From: an uncultured delta proteobacterium
Lineage (GTDB): Bacteria; Myxococcota_A; Polyangia; Haliangiales; Haliangiaceae
NCBI GenBank assembly: GCA_963848295.1
Contig: CAWKDB010000011.1
Location: forward strand, 160,001-224,000
Reading direction: 5' to 3'
DNA length: 64,000 bases
This document shows positions 51,855 to 63,625 of this stretch, one piece after another. Below the pieces are notes generated by a model, which saw only the letters and a list, made by a program, of their open reading frames with translations, did not search any database and was not told the DNA's origin. The position numbers and the translations under genes were made by a program. Numbering within the stretch: the first letter of the stretch is position 1; the number at the start of each line of letters is the position of its first letter.

Positions 51855-53241
51855 CGCCGACCACGGTCAGCGCGAGGCCCTTTTGCGGCGCGAGCGCGGG
51901 CGACAACGGCGACACCGCGAACGGACCGAGGTCCCACCGGCCATCGGAGCTGCGCCCGACAATCGCGGGTGGCGCATCGCTCGGCTTGGTGTCCTTGACG
52001 TCGAGCCCTTTGTCCATGTTGCGCGTCAGGTAGAACCCGAGCCACGCGCCGGCGACCAGCCCTGCGGTCGACAACAGCCCGGTGACGCGCTCGTCCGCGG
52101 TCGTCGACGGATCGTTGATCCCGGCGTAGAGCAAGAACGGCACGGCGCCACCGGCCGCGGCGAGCCCGGCGACGCGCAGCATGCGGCGCGGTGTCGTGTT
52201 CGCATGCGGGGCCACGATCAGGCCCGTGACGACGCCCGCCGCGGTACCGAGCGCGGCGTTGAGCGAGTAGCCCTCGGTCTGCGCCGGCTGCATCAGCATG
52301 CCGATCGTCAAGCCGCCGACCGCGCCCATGCCGGCGAACGTGTCGACCAGCGCGACGTCACCCCGAGTCAGCGTGTCGTTGCTAGCGTAGAGTCCGCCGG
52401 CGAGCGCACCCACGGTCGAGCCAATCGCGGCGCCGGTCAGGACGTCGCTCGCATCGGTCGAGCCGCCGTTCGCGCCGGTCGCGATGTTGCCGAACAAGCC
52501 GCCGACCACGCCGGCCCACACGCTCGCCGCGCCGGCGGTCCGGACCTGCGCTTCGCTCCAGTTCAGCTTGTCGATCGCGCGCGGCAACAAGATCGCGCCG
52601 AGCAGGCCAGCGCCGATGCCCATCGGGACCGCGCCACTGGCCGGGTTGTTGGTGTCGAAGTACGAGCCGATCGTCGCGCCGATCAGGGCGCTGTAGATGC
52701 CCGCGTGGACCATCGCTGCGGTGTGACCGCTGTGATAATGACCCTCGGCCGGCGGAGTCACCGGCGTGACCGGCAGCGTCGGATCGACGATCGGCGCGTG
52801 GTCGACGACTGGCGGTTTGTGGTCGCCCGGGACTTCTTCGCGAATGCCGAGCTGTTGATTGGCGACCTTGATGATGTAGCGCGCGTGGTCGGCGGCCGGG
52901 CCCTTCGCGCTCTCGACCAACGCTTCGACTGCGAGCTGCTTCGCATCGACGTAGATCTTCGCGTCGAGCAGCTCTTGCGCGCGAGAGACGAGCGAGTCGG
53001 CAACCTGTTCCGCGAGCACGGGATCGCCGTTGATCGTGTACGGATCCTGCGGGCCCGAGGTCGGCCCGGGAGCCGGCGTGGATGCTGGTACCGGGGGCGG
53101 GGCCGGAGTTGGGGCGGGTGCCGGAGCAGGTGCGGGTGCCGGGGGTGCGCCGTACGGATCGACCGGTTGCGCGCTCGCCGCGCGGGCCATCGCCCCGACC
53201 ACACCGATCGCGAGCACCGTGTGAAGACGAGAAGCGAGCAT
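51844..53241 (-). CDS. Exported or membrane protein with Pro-rich linker and Gly-zipper-like hydrophobic helices
   Basis: Signal peptide, PAPAPAP linker, repeated Gly/Ala-rich hydrophobic segments, C-terminal GGAF. Confidence 0.7.
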   Translation of the reverse strand: MLASRLHTVLAIGVVGAMARAASAQPVDPYGAPPAPAPAPAPAPTPAPPPVPASTPAPGPTSGPQDPYTINGDPVLAEQVADSLVSRAQELLDAKIYVDAKQLAVEALVESAKGPAADHARYIIKVANQQLGIREEVPGDHKPPVVDHAPIVDPTLPVTPVTPPAEGHYHSGHTAAMVHAGIYSALIGATIGSYFDTNNPASGAVPMGIGAGLLGAILLPRAIDKLNWSEAQVRTAGAASVWAGVVGGLFGNIATGANGGSTDASDVLTGAAIGSTVGALAGGLYASNDTLTRGDVALVDTFAGMGAVGGLTIGMLMQPAQTEGYSLNAALGTAAGVVTGLIVAPHANTTPRRMLRVAGLAAAGGAVPFLLYAGINDPSTTADERVTGLLSTAGLVAGAWLGFYLTRNMDKGLDVKDTKPSDAPPAIVGRSSDGRWDLGPFAVSPLSPALAPQKGLALTVVGGAF

Positions 53242-53305
53242 GAGAACTTGGGTACCACCGACGGCGCGCGTCATCAACCAACCGTTCCTGCAGCCATGCC
53301 GCACG

Positions 53306-54748
53306 TCACGTTTTGGTGGTGGCGAGCGGTCCAGCTTCACCGCCTCCGGGGCGGACCGGACCGGTGTCGGAGCGCTTCGGCAAGTCCTTCGCGCTCTTTC
53401 GATAGAAATACATGAAGATCACCTGGATCGCGGCAAGAACCGGCACGGCGAGCAGCGCGCCGACCAGGCCGTAGCTGTACTCGCCGAGGAACAGCGCGAA
53501 GATCACGAGCACGGGGTGGATCTTCGCGGCGGTGCCGATGATCTTGGGGTTCAGCACGTTCGCCTCGATCAAGTGGATGCCGACGATCCACAGCAGCATC
53601 GCGATGCCGCGCACGATGTCGATCCCTTCGGCGCCGGACGCCAGCGCGACGATCACGATCGGCACCGACGACAGGATCGATCCGAAGATCGGCACGAGGC
53701 TCATGAGGCCCGCGACCACCGCCAGGATCAGCTGATACTTCACACCGAACACGAGCAAGCCGATGAACGTGAACGACGCGTTGATCAGGCAGATGAGGAG
53801 CTGGCCGCGGATCACGCCGGACAGGCCGCGATCGATGTCGCGGATGATCTGATCGTAGTCGTCGCGAAAGTTCACCGGAAACAGCGTGCGCAAGAACGCG
53901 TGGACCTTGTCGAGATCGATCAGCAGGAACGCGCCGATCATCAGCGTGAAGAAAAATCCGAAGATGCCCCTGATGAACTCGGTCAGCACGGTCTGGCCGA
54001 ACCGCACGCCTTCGTCGAGCTTCGACTTCAAGCCCTCGATCGACTTCTTGACCAAGACGCGCAGCTTGCCCTCGAGCGTGAGCTGCTCGGGGCGCGTCTC
54101 GACCGGCTGCACGTGAAAGCCGCCGTCCGCGGTCGGCTTGATGTCGAGCCCGTTCTGCGCGACCTCGATCGCGAACCGGCCGTCGGGCAGCGGGGTCACG
54201 GTCAGCGAGGTCGCCGGCGGCAGCGGCACGTCGCCGACGACCGGCGGCTCTTCCGGCGATGGCGTGTCGTTCGTCGCGAGCGACGGGAACCGGTCTTCGA
54301 GCCAATGCGCGACCTTCGGGGTCCACTCCTCGTTGATCCGGCGGTACGAGACTTCGCCCGCGATCCGGCGCACGTCGCTCGACAACCGCGGCACGAGCAG
54401 GAACATGAAACCGGTGACCGCCGCGAGGAACACGATGTAGCAGATGATGACCGCCAGCCCGCGCGGCATCCGCTGCGTGCCGTTCTTGCGCAGCGACATC
54501 GCTCCGACGATCGGCGCGAGGATGTACGCGATCAGGCTCGCGAACACGAAGGGCAGCAGCACCGCGTGGCCGACGATCAGCACGGCCACGATGAACAGCG
54601 TCAGACCCCAGCGCGACAGGAACCGCCGCGACCCGGTGTTCTCCCCGAACCACGTCGCGCTCCGCGACCGCCCGGAGGTCGACGTCGGCCCCGTCGGATC
54701 GGTGCGCGGCACGCCCTCCGAAGGGCCCGGTGGATCCGCCGGCGTCAT
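53306..54748 (-). CDS. AI-2E family transporter (PerM/UPF0118)
   Basis: LLPFVFASLIAYILAP, IRGQLLICL, LVPIFG, IEANVLNPKIIG...IHP, GALLAVPV. Confidence 0.92.
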   Translation of the reverse strand: MTPADPPGPSEGVPRTDPTGPTSTSGRSRSATWFGENTGSRRFLSRWGLTLFIVAVLIVGHAVLLPFVFASLIAYILAPIVGAMSLRKNGTQRMPRGLAVIICYIVFLAAVTGFMFLLVPRLSSDVRRIAGEVSYRRINEEWTPKVAHWLEDRFPSLATNDTPSPEEPPVVGDVPLPPATSLTVTPLPDGRFAIEVAQNGLDIKPTADGGFHVQPVETRPEQLTLEGKLRVLVKKSIEGLKSKLDEGVRFGQTVLTEFIRGIFGFFFTLMIGAFLLIDLDKVHAFLRTLFPVNFRDDYDQIIRDIDRGLSGVIRGQLLICLINASFTFIGLLVFGVKYQLILAVVAGLMSLVPIFGSILSSVPIVIVALASGAEGIDIVRGIAMLLWIVGIHLIEANVLNPKIIGTAAKIHPVLVIFALFLGEYSYGLVGALLAVPVLAAIQVIFMYFYRKSAKDLPKRSDTGPVRPGGGEAGPLATTKT

Positions 54749-54774
54749 GTCGCCGGGTATACCAGAGCCGAGCC

Positions 54775-54834
54775 GACGTGGACGTCGACCTGAACGTCAA
54801 CGTGAACGCCAACCTCGACCTTGACGTCGACCTC
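54775..54834. repeat. Ten degenerate hexamers (RAC-NYN) filling the lapB/AI-2E intergenic space
   Basis: gacgtg gacgtc gacctg aacgtc aacgtg aacgcc aacctc gacctt gacgtc gacctc. Confidence 0.8.
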
Positions 54835-56407
54835 AGCTCTTGCGCCGGATCGATCGCGTGAACCAACCACCGACCCGGCCGAGCAGCGAACGGCGCGTCC
54901 CGGCCTCCGCCAGCTCGTCCTCGGTCAACCCGGTGTCGAGGGTCGCCGTCGGCAGCGCGGCGTCGGGCGCGGCGCCGAGCAGGCCATTCAGCCGAGCCTC
55001 GCGCGGTGCGGCCCGGCGATCGCGCGGTGCGATCGGCGGCGGCTCGACGCCGGTCTCCATCCGCAGCGTGCCCCAGCGCCGGCAATGCCCGCACCGCCAG
55101 CTGAATGCAGCCGGACGCGCGCCGCAGTGCGCACACTGCCAGCGCCCGCGCAGCGTCCACGCGAGCGCACCGTCTTCGGCGGCGAGCTGCGCGAGGGCGT
55201 CGCGAATCGCGCCAGCATCGCCGGTCGCGAGTGCGAGCCGCGCGGTCGCGACCCGGGCTGCCAACGCCTCCGGAAAGCGCAGCGCTAGATCTTTCGCGAG
55301 CGCCACGCCCGCGCCGGCATCTGCCGAGGTCGCGAGCTGGGCGCGAATCAGCGCGATCTCCAGGCGCGGGCCGGTCTTGGCTTCGATCTCGGCGAGCGTG
55401 GCGAGCACGCGATCGGCGACGCTCGCGACAGGGCGCGCGGTGGACATCAACGGCACCCCGAGCGCTGGCGTCGCGAGCTTCGGAGTCGCCGGCGCAGCCG
55501 CGACGATCGCGGTCGTGCCCTCGCCTGCCGCCAGCTGCGGCGCGTTCAGATCGGGCTGAGCCGGCTCGTCGTCGTCGAGATCGTCGCGGCTCGGGGCGGT
55601 CCGGCCGTCGAGATGACCCTCGGCCGCGATCAGGCCTGGCAACACGTGCGGCACGAGCGACGGGTCGGCGAGCAAGGCCTGCTTGAGGCGCTCCTTCGCA
55701 GCGCGATGGTTGCCGCGCGCGGCCGCGAGCTCGGCGGCAGCGGCGAAGAAATGCGCGGACTCGGGGCTCACCAGCTTCTGCGCCGCTTTCAGCAGGTGCT
55801 TGGCCGAATCGAGATCGTCGCGGCCGAGCGCCGCCTGAGCCGCGGCGACGAGCAAGTGGTGCTCGCGGTCGGACGTGTCCTCGTTGCGGCGCTTACCGAG
55901 GCGTTGCCACAACCCGGCCGCTTCGTTGAACCGCGCTTGCTCTTCGTACAGCGCCGCGAGCGCACGCAGCGCGCCTTCGTGGCTCGGCTCCTCGAGCAAC
56001 ACCTCTTCCATCGCCTTCGTCGCGCGGCGCGGCATGCCGGCGGCGCGGAAGTCGAGCCCGAGCTCGTACATCGCGCGGTGGCGGAGCTTGCGCTTGTCGC
56101 GTTCGCGCAGCGCGAGCGCCTGGTGTACGCGGATCGCGCGCTCGTGCTCGCCGCGGCTGCGGAACATCGCGCCGAGGGCGAAGTACGGCTCGACGTCGTC
56201 GATGTTCTCCTCGACCACGGTGCGCAGCTCGTTGACGACCGTGTCTTGATCGCGCGCGATCAGGTGGCTGAGCGCGCGCATGTAGGCGCGAGCGTGACGC
56301 GCGCTGCGCCGTAGCTGGCGATCGTCGGGTACGTAGTAGCGCCCGATCAGCACGCCCGCGGCCATCGCGCCGAGCCCGACGAGCAGAAGGACGAGCGCCG
56401 CTCCCAT
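54833..56407 (-). CDS. lapB: Lipopolysaccharide assembly protein B-like (TM, TPRs, rubredoxin-type metal site)
   Basis: N-terminal TM; YFALGAMFRSRGEHERAIRVHQAL, ELGLDFRAAG; WQCAHCG...WRCGHCRRWGT; lies downstream of rpsA-lapA. Confidence 0.85.
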   Translation of the reverse strand: MGAALVLLLVGLGAMAAGVLIGRYYVPDDRQLRRSARHARAYMRALSHLIARDQDTVVNELRTVVEENIDDVEPYFALGAMFRSRGEHERAIRVHQALALRERDKRKLRHRAMYELGLDFRAAGMPRRATKAMEEVLLEEPSHEGALRALAALYEEQARFNEAAGLWQRLGKRRNEDTSDREHHLLVAAAQAALGRDDLDSAKHLLKAAQKLVSPESAHFFAAAAELAAARGNHRAAKERLKQALLADPSLVPHVLPGLIAAEGHLDGRTAPSRDDLDDDEPAQPDLNAPQLAAGEGTTAIVAAAPATPKLATPALGVPLMSTARPVASVADRVLATLAEIEAKTGPRLEIALIRAQLATSADAGAGVALAKDLALRFPEALAARVATARLALATGDAGAIRDALAQLAAEDGALAWTLRGRWQCAHCGARPAAFSWRCGHCRRWGTLRMETGVEPPPIAPRDRRAAPREARLNGLLGAAPDAALPTATLDTGLTEDELAEAGTRRSLLGRVGGWFTRSIRRKS

Positions 56408-56419
56408 GCGGCGTACAGG

Positions 56420-57019
56420 TTATTCGATCTCGCTCCAGCCGGTGCCGTGGCGGGCGAGAAAGAACTGCCCCTTCGATTGGCATTGGCCGTCTGCCCACGC
56501 GTTGCAGCCGTAGGTCACGACGAGGTCGGGTTTGTGATCGCCATCGAGGTCGATCGCGCCGACCTCGAGCTTGTCGAGCGCCTTGTGGACGCCGGCGAGC
56601 ACTTCATCGCGCATCAGGGCGGCGCGGATCGCGACGAGGTCGGCCTTGCTCGGATCGACGAGCCGCGGATGCGCATCGCCGGGGATGACGAGCACGCCAG
56701 CGTCGCCATCGCGCCGATCGAAGTTGAACCACGGCATCGCGATGCGCCCGCCATCGACGTGACCGCGCGCGATCACGCCGAGCCGCGGCTGGAGCACCAG
56801 TACGTCGCCGGTAGCGGGTGCCCCGCCTTCCGAAGGGGCGAGCACGCGCACCACCCCGGCGAGCTGGACGAACGCGGGTACGGTGCAGTCGAGGCAGCTC
56901 GGCGGCGCCTGCGGCGCTGGCTCGAACGTGCCGATCCATGCGGGTACGGGCGGCGGCGTCTTATTGCCGCCGGCGGCGGTGAGCAGCGCGAGCACGCATG
57001 CGATTGCAACGACACGCAC
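56420..57019 (-). CDS. Hypothetical exported protein (EF-hand/FG-GAP-like DLDGDHKPDL)
   Basis: Signal-like VRVVAIACVLALLTAA, two Cys pairs, DxDGDxKPD motif. Start tentative. Confidence 0.6.
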   Translation of the reverse strand: MRVVAIACVLALLTAAGGNKTPPPVPAWIGTFEPAPQAPPSCLDCTVPAFVQLAGVVRVLAPSEGGAPATGDVLVLQPRLGVIARGHVDGGRIAMPWFNFDRRDGDAGVLVIPGDAHPRLVDPSKADLVAIRAALMRDEVLAGVHKALDKLEVGAIDLDGDHKPDLVVTYGCNAWADGQCQSKGQFFLARHGTGWSEIE

Positions 57020-57109
57020 CTTCTGAGGATGAGCGATCCAACGACGGTCGCAAGTTTGTGGCGGTGAGCGTGGCCGTACACGTGGCACGTACACGTCCAC
57101 GATCAGCGC

Positions 57110-58096
57110 TTACAGCATCCCGTGCGCGCGGAACCACACGAGCGCGTCGCGCACCGCCGGCTCGAGCGGGCTGATCGCGTAGCCGAGCTCGCGCTGCGCT
57201 TTCGCGCTCGTGAACCGGAACTTGTCGGTGTACGCGTAGCGGATCTGGGTCGAGTTGACGACCGGCTCCTTGCCACGCCGCTCGACGCGATCGCCCCACT
57301 TGCCGACGAGCGCAGCGATCGGCCGCGGCACGCCGAACCGAGGCGGCTTGACGCCCGCCTCGCGCGCGATCAGCTCGAACGCGGCGCGATAGGTCAGGTC
57401 GTGGCCGCCGAGGATGTAACGCTCGCCGCGTACGCCGCGCTGCCACGCCGCGATCATCCCGCGCGCGACGTCGCGGACGTCGACGAAGTTGTTATGGCCG
57501 GGCGTCCATCCCGGCACCCGCCGGCGTACGACATCGACGATCAGCTTGCCGGAGCTCGGCCGAGCATCGCGCGGTCCGAACAGGTACGTCGGGTTGACGA
57601 TCACGCAGTCGAGCCGATCGCGCGCCGCGCTCACGACCTGCTCGGCCTGATGCTTCGTGATCGCGTACGCGTCGATGAGTCCTTCGCTATCGAAGTTCCA
57701 CGCCGCGGTCTCGTCGCACGGCGCGCCATTCGTCGACAACCCGACCGCGACGACCGACGAGGTGTGGACGAGGCGCTGGACGCCCGCCGCGATCGCCGCC
57801 TCGATCACGTTCGAGGTGCCGGTGACGTTCGCCGCGGTCATCGCCGGAGTCACCTCGCGCGCGACGGTGACCGCCGCGGCGCAGTGGAACACGGCGTCGG
57901 CGCCGGAGAACGCGCGCGTCAACGCCTCGATCGAGCCGAGCTCGGCGTCGCGCCACTCGACCGCGAGGTCGTCGAGATGCGCGATCTTCGTCGAGCCGCG
58001 GCGAATCGCCGACACGTGGGCACCGCCGGCGATCAGCTCGGCGGCGAGGTTGCCACCGAGCAAGCCGCTGGCGCCGGTGAGGACGACGCTCGCCAC
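57110..58096 (-). CDS. NAD-dependent epimerase/dehydratase (HpnA/dihydroflavonol reductase-like)
   Basis: LTGASGLLG, VFHCAA, NVTGT, HTSS, YAITK, VDVRDVARG, GERYILGG. Confidence 0.92.
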   Translation of the reverse strand: MASVVLTGASGLLGGNLAAELIAGGAHVSAIRRGSTKIAHLDDLAVEWRDAELGSIEALTRAFSGADAVFHCAAAVTVAREVTPAMTAANVTGTSNVIEAAIAAGVQRLVHTSSVVAVGLSTNGAPCDETAAWNFDSEGLIDAYAITKHQAEQVVSAARDRLDCVIVNPTYLFGPRDARPSSGKLIVDVVRRRVPGWTPGHNNFVDVRDVARGMIAAWQRGVRGERYILGGHDLTYRAAFELIAREAGVKPPRFGVPRPIAALVGKWGDRVERRGKEPVVNSTQIRYAYTDKFRFTSAKAQRELGYAISPLEPAVRDALVWFRAHGML

Positions 58097-58097
58097 G

Positions 58098-58514
58098 CTA
58101 TCGCGCCGTGATGCCTTCGTCGTCGAGTGCGTTCATCACGCGCGCGGCGTTCGAGCTCGGCGTCTCGGGCAGATCCTCGAGTGGCGCGGGCTCGACGAAC
58201 GGCAGGTTGCGGAGCTTCGCGAGCTCGCGTTCGAGCCGGTTGATCAGCGACTCGTACTGCCGGCGCCGCCACACGTACAGCATGCTCCACAACACGAGCG
58301 CGGCGAACAACGCCGCCGCCGCGAGCCACCCCGCGATCAACGCGGGCAGCCAGACATCGTGCGGCTTGTCGCCGAACAGACTGGTCAACCACGGATGGAT
58401 CTTCACCGGCACCCAGCCGGCGTTCTCGACCAGCAACAGGCCTGCGATCACGCCCAAGCCGATCATCGACAGCACGACCGTCGCGATCGAGATCAACCTG
58501 AGCCAGCGCAGCAC
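58098..58514 (-). CDS. lapA: Lipopolysaccharide assembly protein A-like
   Basis: Two TM helices with an EN motif, then a coiled coil ending LERELAKLRNLP; directly downstream of rpsA. Confidence 0.7.
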   Translation of the reverse strand: MLRWLRLISIATVVLSMIGLGVIAGLLLVENAGWVPVKIHPWLTSLFGDKPHDVWLPALIAGWLAAAALFAALVLWSMLYVWRRRQYESLINRLERELAKLRNLPFVEPAPLEDLPETPSSNAARVMNALDDEGITAR

Positions 58515-58657
58515 GACCGCAATGTACTACAGCCGTTACGGGTCGGGTTCGGTCGGGTCGAACGGGCCCGAGGTCACTCGGTCGTGAGTCCGAGACCGAG
58601 CACGACGCCGCAGAACCGCGCCCCGAGCCATCCCGATACGCGATGCCTGCACGAGCC

Positions 58658-58689
58658 GAAAACGAAAGCAGCCGCCCTTCGGCGGCTGC
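58658..58689 (-). terminator. Rho-independent terminator after rpsA
   Basis: 9-bp stem GCAGCCGCC/GGCGGCTGC with a 4-nt loop, followed on the minus strand by TTTCGTTTT, about 18 nt after the stop. Confidence 0.8.
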
Positions 58690-58707
58690 GACGAACGCCA
58701 CGGCGAG

Positions 58708-60442
<1,735 letters not shown>

Positions 60443-60499
60443 GCAGACTCCTAAGAACCGATTTGCGTCGAGCCTAGGCGGGCCCGCCGCAGGGGGAGC

Positions 60500-60528
60500 T
60501 TGGTACCTTCCATGCCCTGCTTTGTCAA
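60500..60528 (-). promoter_or_regulatory. Sigma-70 promoter of rpsA
   Basis: Minus strand TTGACA-N17-TACCAA. Confidence 0.7.
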
Positions 60529-60564
60529 CCGATTCCGAGGTCTAGACCTCGAACGCGTGCGGCG

Positions 60565-61256
60565 TTAGCGCACGGCCGCGCGGGCAGCCACCAGCGCCGC
60601 CAGTGAATCCACAACCTGTCCAATGGTTTGCGCCGAGCTGTCGACGATCACCGCGTCGTCCGCCGGCTTCATCGGTGCGACGTCACGTCCGGAGTCGCGC
60701 TGGTCGCGTTCTTCGATCTCCCGCCGGGTCGAGACCGCATCCGCGGCCCGACCGTTCGCGACCAGCTCGGCGACCCGGCGCCGGACGCGCTCGTCGACCG
60801 TCGCGATCAGGAAGACCTTCGCCTCGGCGCGCGGGAACACGACCGTGCCGGTATCGCGGCCTTCGACCACGACGCCGCCGCCCGCTCCGAGCCTGCGCTG
60901 GAGCTCGAGCAAGCGCGGCGCGGACCTCGGGATGCGCCGAGACCTGCGACGCGCCCTGCGAGATATCGGGCGTGCGGATCTGCGGGGTGACGTCGGCGCC
61001 GGCGACGAACACGTGGTTCGTGTCGCCGACGAAGTCGAACGTGATGTCGAGAGCGCGCGCGACCTCGGCGCAGCGAGCCCGCATCGGTCCAGGCGATGCC
61101 GCGCTGCTGGGCGACCAGCGCGACCGCGCGATAGATCGCGCCGGTGTCGAGCAGGCGATAGCCGAGCTGGCGAGCGAGCTGCTTGGCGACGGTGGACTTG
61201 CCCGCACCGGCGGGGCCGTCGATCGTGACGACGATGGGCTTCACAGGCGCCATCAT
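60565..61256 (-). CDS. cmk: Cytidylate kinase; two apparent indels (about 61071, 60913)
   Basis: [54 protein letters not shown]; upstream of rpsA. Confidence 0.93.
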
Positions 61257-61304
61257 GCCGTAACCGCAAGCGCCATGCGGCGACGCGTTGTACATTCAGC
61301 GCTC

Positions 61305-62089
61305 GTGGCCGAGCCGGCGACAGCACGGAGATGGAAAGCGTTCGCCGATGGGGTCGCGTTCGCCCTGGGCGTCAACGTCTGGGTCTCGATCGTGATCCTG
61401 CCCGCGGCGTTTGTCGGCGTGTTGAGCGGCGGCAGCCATCTCGCGGCGGCTGGGCTGCCGTTCGCGGTGCTGCTGCTCGGGCTCGCCCGGCGCAGCGAGG
61501 CGATCCTGCTAGGGCTGTTCCCCGCCGCCCTGCTCGTGCCGGTCTCGCTCGAGCCGCAGATCGCCTCGTCGTATGTCTACGGCCCGGCTCGGTTCGCGCT
61601 GTGTCGCGATCGGCGTCGTCGCCTATCTGTTCGGCGTGTCGTTCTTCACGACGTTTCACGAGCCACCCGCGCCTCGCTCGGTCCGCGGCTTGACGTCGGC
61701 GCAGCTCGGGCCGGCCGTCCGGTGGCGGCGGCGCGAGCGCGATCTATTGGATGTTGACCGCGATGTCGGTCATCTTCCCGACCCTGCTGATCGCCTGGGT
61801 CAACTACGACAGTGACATCGCGGCGTTCCTCGGTGCGAACTACCCCGGTCGGGTCGCCTTGATGACCACCGCGCTCACCGCCGGCGCGATCGTGCTGTGG
61901 CTCGCTATCTATCACTATGCCTTTCTCGGCGCGCTGCGCCCGCATCGCACGGGGGATCGCGACCTCGTGATGCTGCTCGCCCGCGCTCGCGCGGATGCCA
62001 AGTCCGGCCGGCCGCGCCAGCGGTTCTACCTGTCCGTCGCGCTCGCGATCATCGCGATGGTCGCGCTGCTGCTGTTCCACAAACACTGA
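61305..62089 (+). CDS. Polytopic membrane protein; two apparent indels (about 61602, 61740)
   Basis: Three overlapping ORF pieces with consecutive hydrophobic helices join into one gene. Start tentative (ATG 61275 is an alternative). Confidence 0.6.
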
Positions 62090-62097
62090 GGTGATCG

Positions 62098-62328
62098 ATG
62101 GATGCTCTCGTGCGTTTCACGCGGTGGGTCGGCGGGGTCGTCCGCAAGTACTTCTTCGAGTTCCTCGCGCTCGCGCTGATCGGTGGCAGCCTGATCTTCT
62201 TCTTCGAGACGTTGCACTACCTCGCCGAGCGCGAGTATGTCGCGGCGTTGTTCGTGATGGTGATCGGCGTCGCGGTGATCTCGGTCGGCAAAGAGATGGC
62301 GCGGCTCGCGCTGGTCCAACGCGACTGA
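62098..62328 (+). CDS. Small two-TM membrane protein
   Basis: GAGG RBS; two hydrophobic helices; typical codon usage. Confidence 0.75.
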   Translation: MDALVRFTRWVGGVVRKYFFEFLALALIGGSLIFFFETLHYLAEREYVAALFVMVIGVAVISVGKEMARLALVQRD

Positions 62329-62330
62329 CG

Positions 62331-63260
62331 ATGCGAGCCGCGGTCGCCATCGCCCTCGTCGCCGCGTGCGCGACCACTCCGCCGGCCACGCCGCGGGGGG
62401 CCCCTGCGGGCATGACCGCGACGAGCGCTGGCTCCGACGACGCCATTGTCGCGCGGGTCAACGGCCGGCCGGTGTGGGCGTCATGCGTCGCGATCCAGGC
62501 GGCGCGCGCTCGCAACCCGAGCGGCGATCGCGCGGCGCGGCTCGCGGCGGCGACCGACGAGTGCATCTCGTTCGAGCTGCTCGCGCAGGCGGCCGAGCGG
62601 CGCCAGCTCGCGAGCGATCCCGAGGTCGAGCTCGCGACGCACACCGCACTTGTCGACGCGGTCCTCGCCGACGAGTGGGAGGCGAAGTACACGACGCGCG
62701 AAGCTTTCGGAGAGGCCTGGGATCCGCTGGTCGCGCGCAACCTGCCGCTCGTCAGCCATCCCGAGGCGCGCGCCTCGGCCTACGTCCGTGTCGTCGTGCC
62801 GCCGCACGCGCCGCCGGAGCAAGATGCCGCCGCGCACGACATCGCCGAGAACGTCGCGGCCGCGCTCGCTCCCGAGCAGGGCTTGATGGCGCCGCAGTTC
62901 GTCGAGCTCGCGCAACACGCCGCCGAAGGGCACGAGCTCGTGCACCAGGTCGGCCCCCCGTTGTACGCGAACGAGATCCGCCTCGACGCGGTGTACGCGA
63001 AGGCGCTGTTCTCGATCTCCGAGATCGGCCGGACGACGCCGCACGCGGTACGCACGTCGCTCGGCTGGGACGTGATCTTGTGGACCGACGTCGTGCCGGC
63101 CGCGTCGCCGAGCCCGGCGGAGATCGAGGCCGACATGCTGCCCGGTGTCCAGCACGTGTACTTCGCGAAGTGGGTCGAGGATGTCGCGAAGCGCGCGGGT
63201 ATTCACCACGAGCTGATCGACGACAACCTCCACTGGCTGGATCAGGACACACCGCGATGA
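62331..63260 (+). CDS. Parvulin/SurA-like peptidyl-prolyl isomerase-related lipoprotein
   Basis: Lipobox LVAAC; IVARVNGRPV, ELLAQAAERRQL, ALFSISEIGRTTPHAVRTSLGWDVI. Confidence 0.7.
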   Translation: MRAAVAIALVAACATTPPATPRGAPAGMTATSAGSDDAIVARVNGRPVWASCVAIQAARARNPSGDRAARLAAATDECISFELLAQAAERRQLASDPEVELATHTALVDAVLADEWEAKYTTREAFGEAWDPLVARNLPLVSHPEARASAYVRVVVPPHAPPEQDAAAHDIAENVAAALAPEQGLMAPQFVELAQHAAEGHELVHQVGPPLYANEIRLDAVYAKALFSISEIGRTTPHAVRTSLGWDVILWTDVVPAASPSPAEIEADMLPGVQHVYFAKWVEDVAKRAGIHHELIDDNLHWLDQDTPR

Positions 63261-63625
63261 TCGAGACGCCGTTCCAGGCGATCTTGCGGCGCGCGGTCGA
63301 AGCGACCCCGAACGCGATCGGCGGCGCGTTCGCGTGCGCCGACGGAGAGATGGTCGACAGCTTCGCGACGATCGACGCCCACGACTGGGCGGTGCTGACC
63401 GCGCACTACGGCATCGTCCTGCAGCAACTGCACGACGCGTTCGGCACGTGGCACTACGGCGGCCCGGAGTACTTCATCGCCGAGCACAAAGGGCTCGATG
63501 TCGTCGTCCACATCGTCGAGGGTGGCTACTTCGCGTTGCTCGCGGTCAAGGTGCCGGCACCGATCGGCACCGCGCTCGCGAGCTTGCTCGAGGCGGTCGC
63601 GGCGCTGAAGAAGGAGATGGCGTGA
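63257..63625 (+). CDS. Roadblock/LC7 domain protein
   Basis: FQAILRRAVEATPNAIGGAFACADGEMVD...GYFALL...ALKKEM, typical roadblock pattern; ATGA overlap. Confidence 0.8.
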   Translation: MIETPFQAILRRAVEATPNAIGGAFACADGEMVDSFATIDAHDWAVLTAHYGIVLQQLHDAFGTWHYGGPEYFIAEHKGLDVVVHIVEGGYFALLAVKVPAPIGTALASLLEAVAALKKEMA

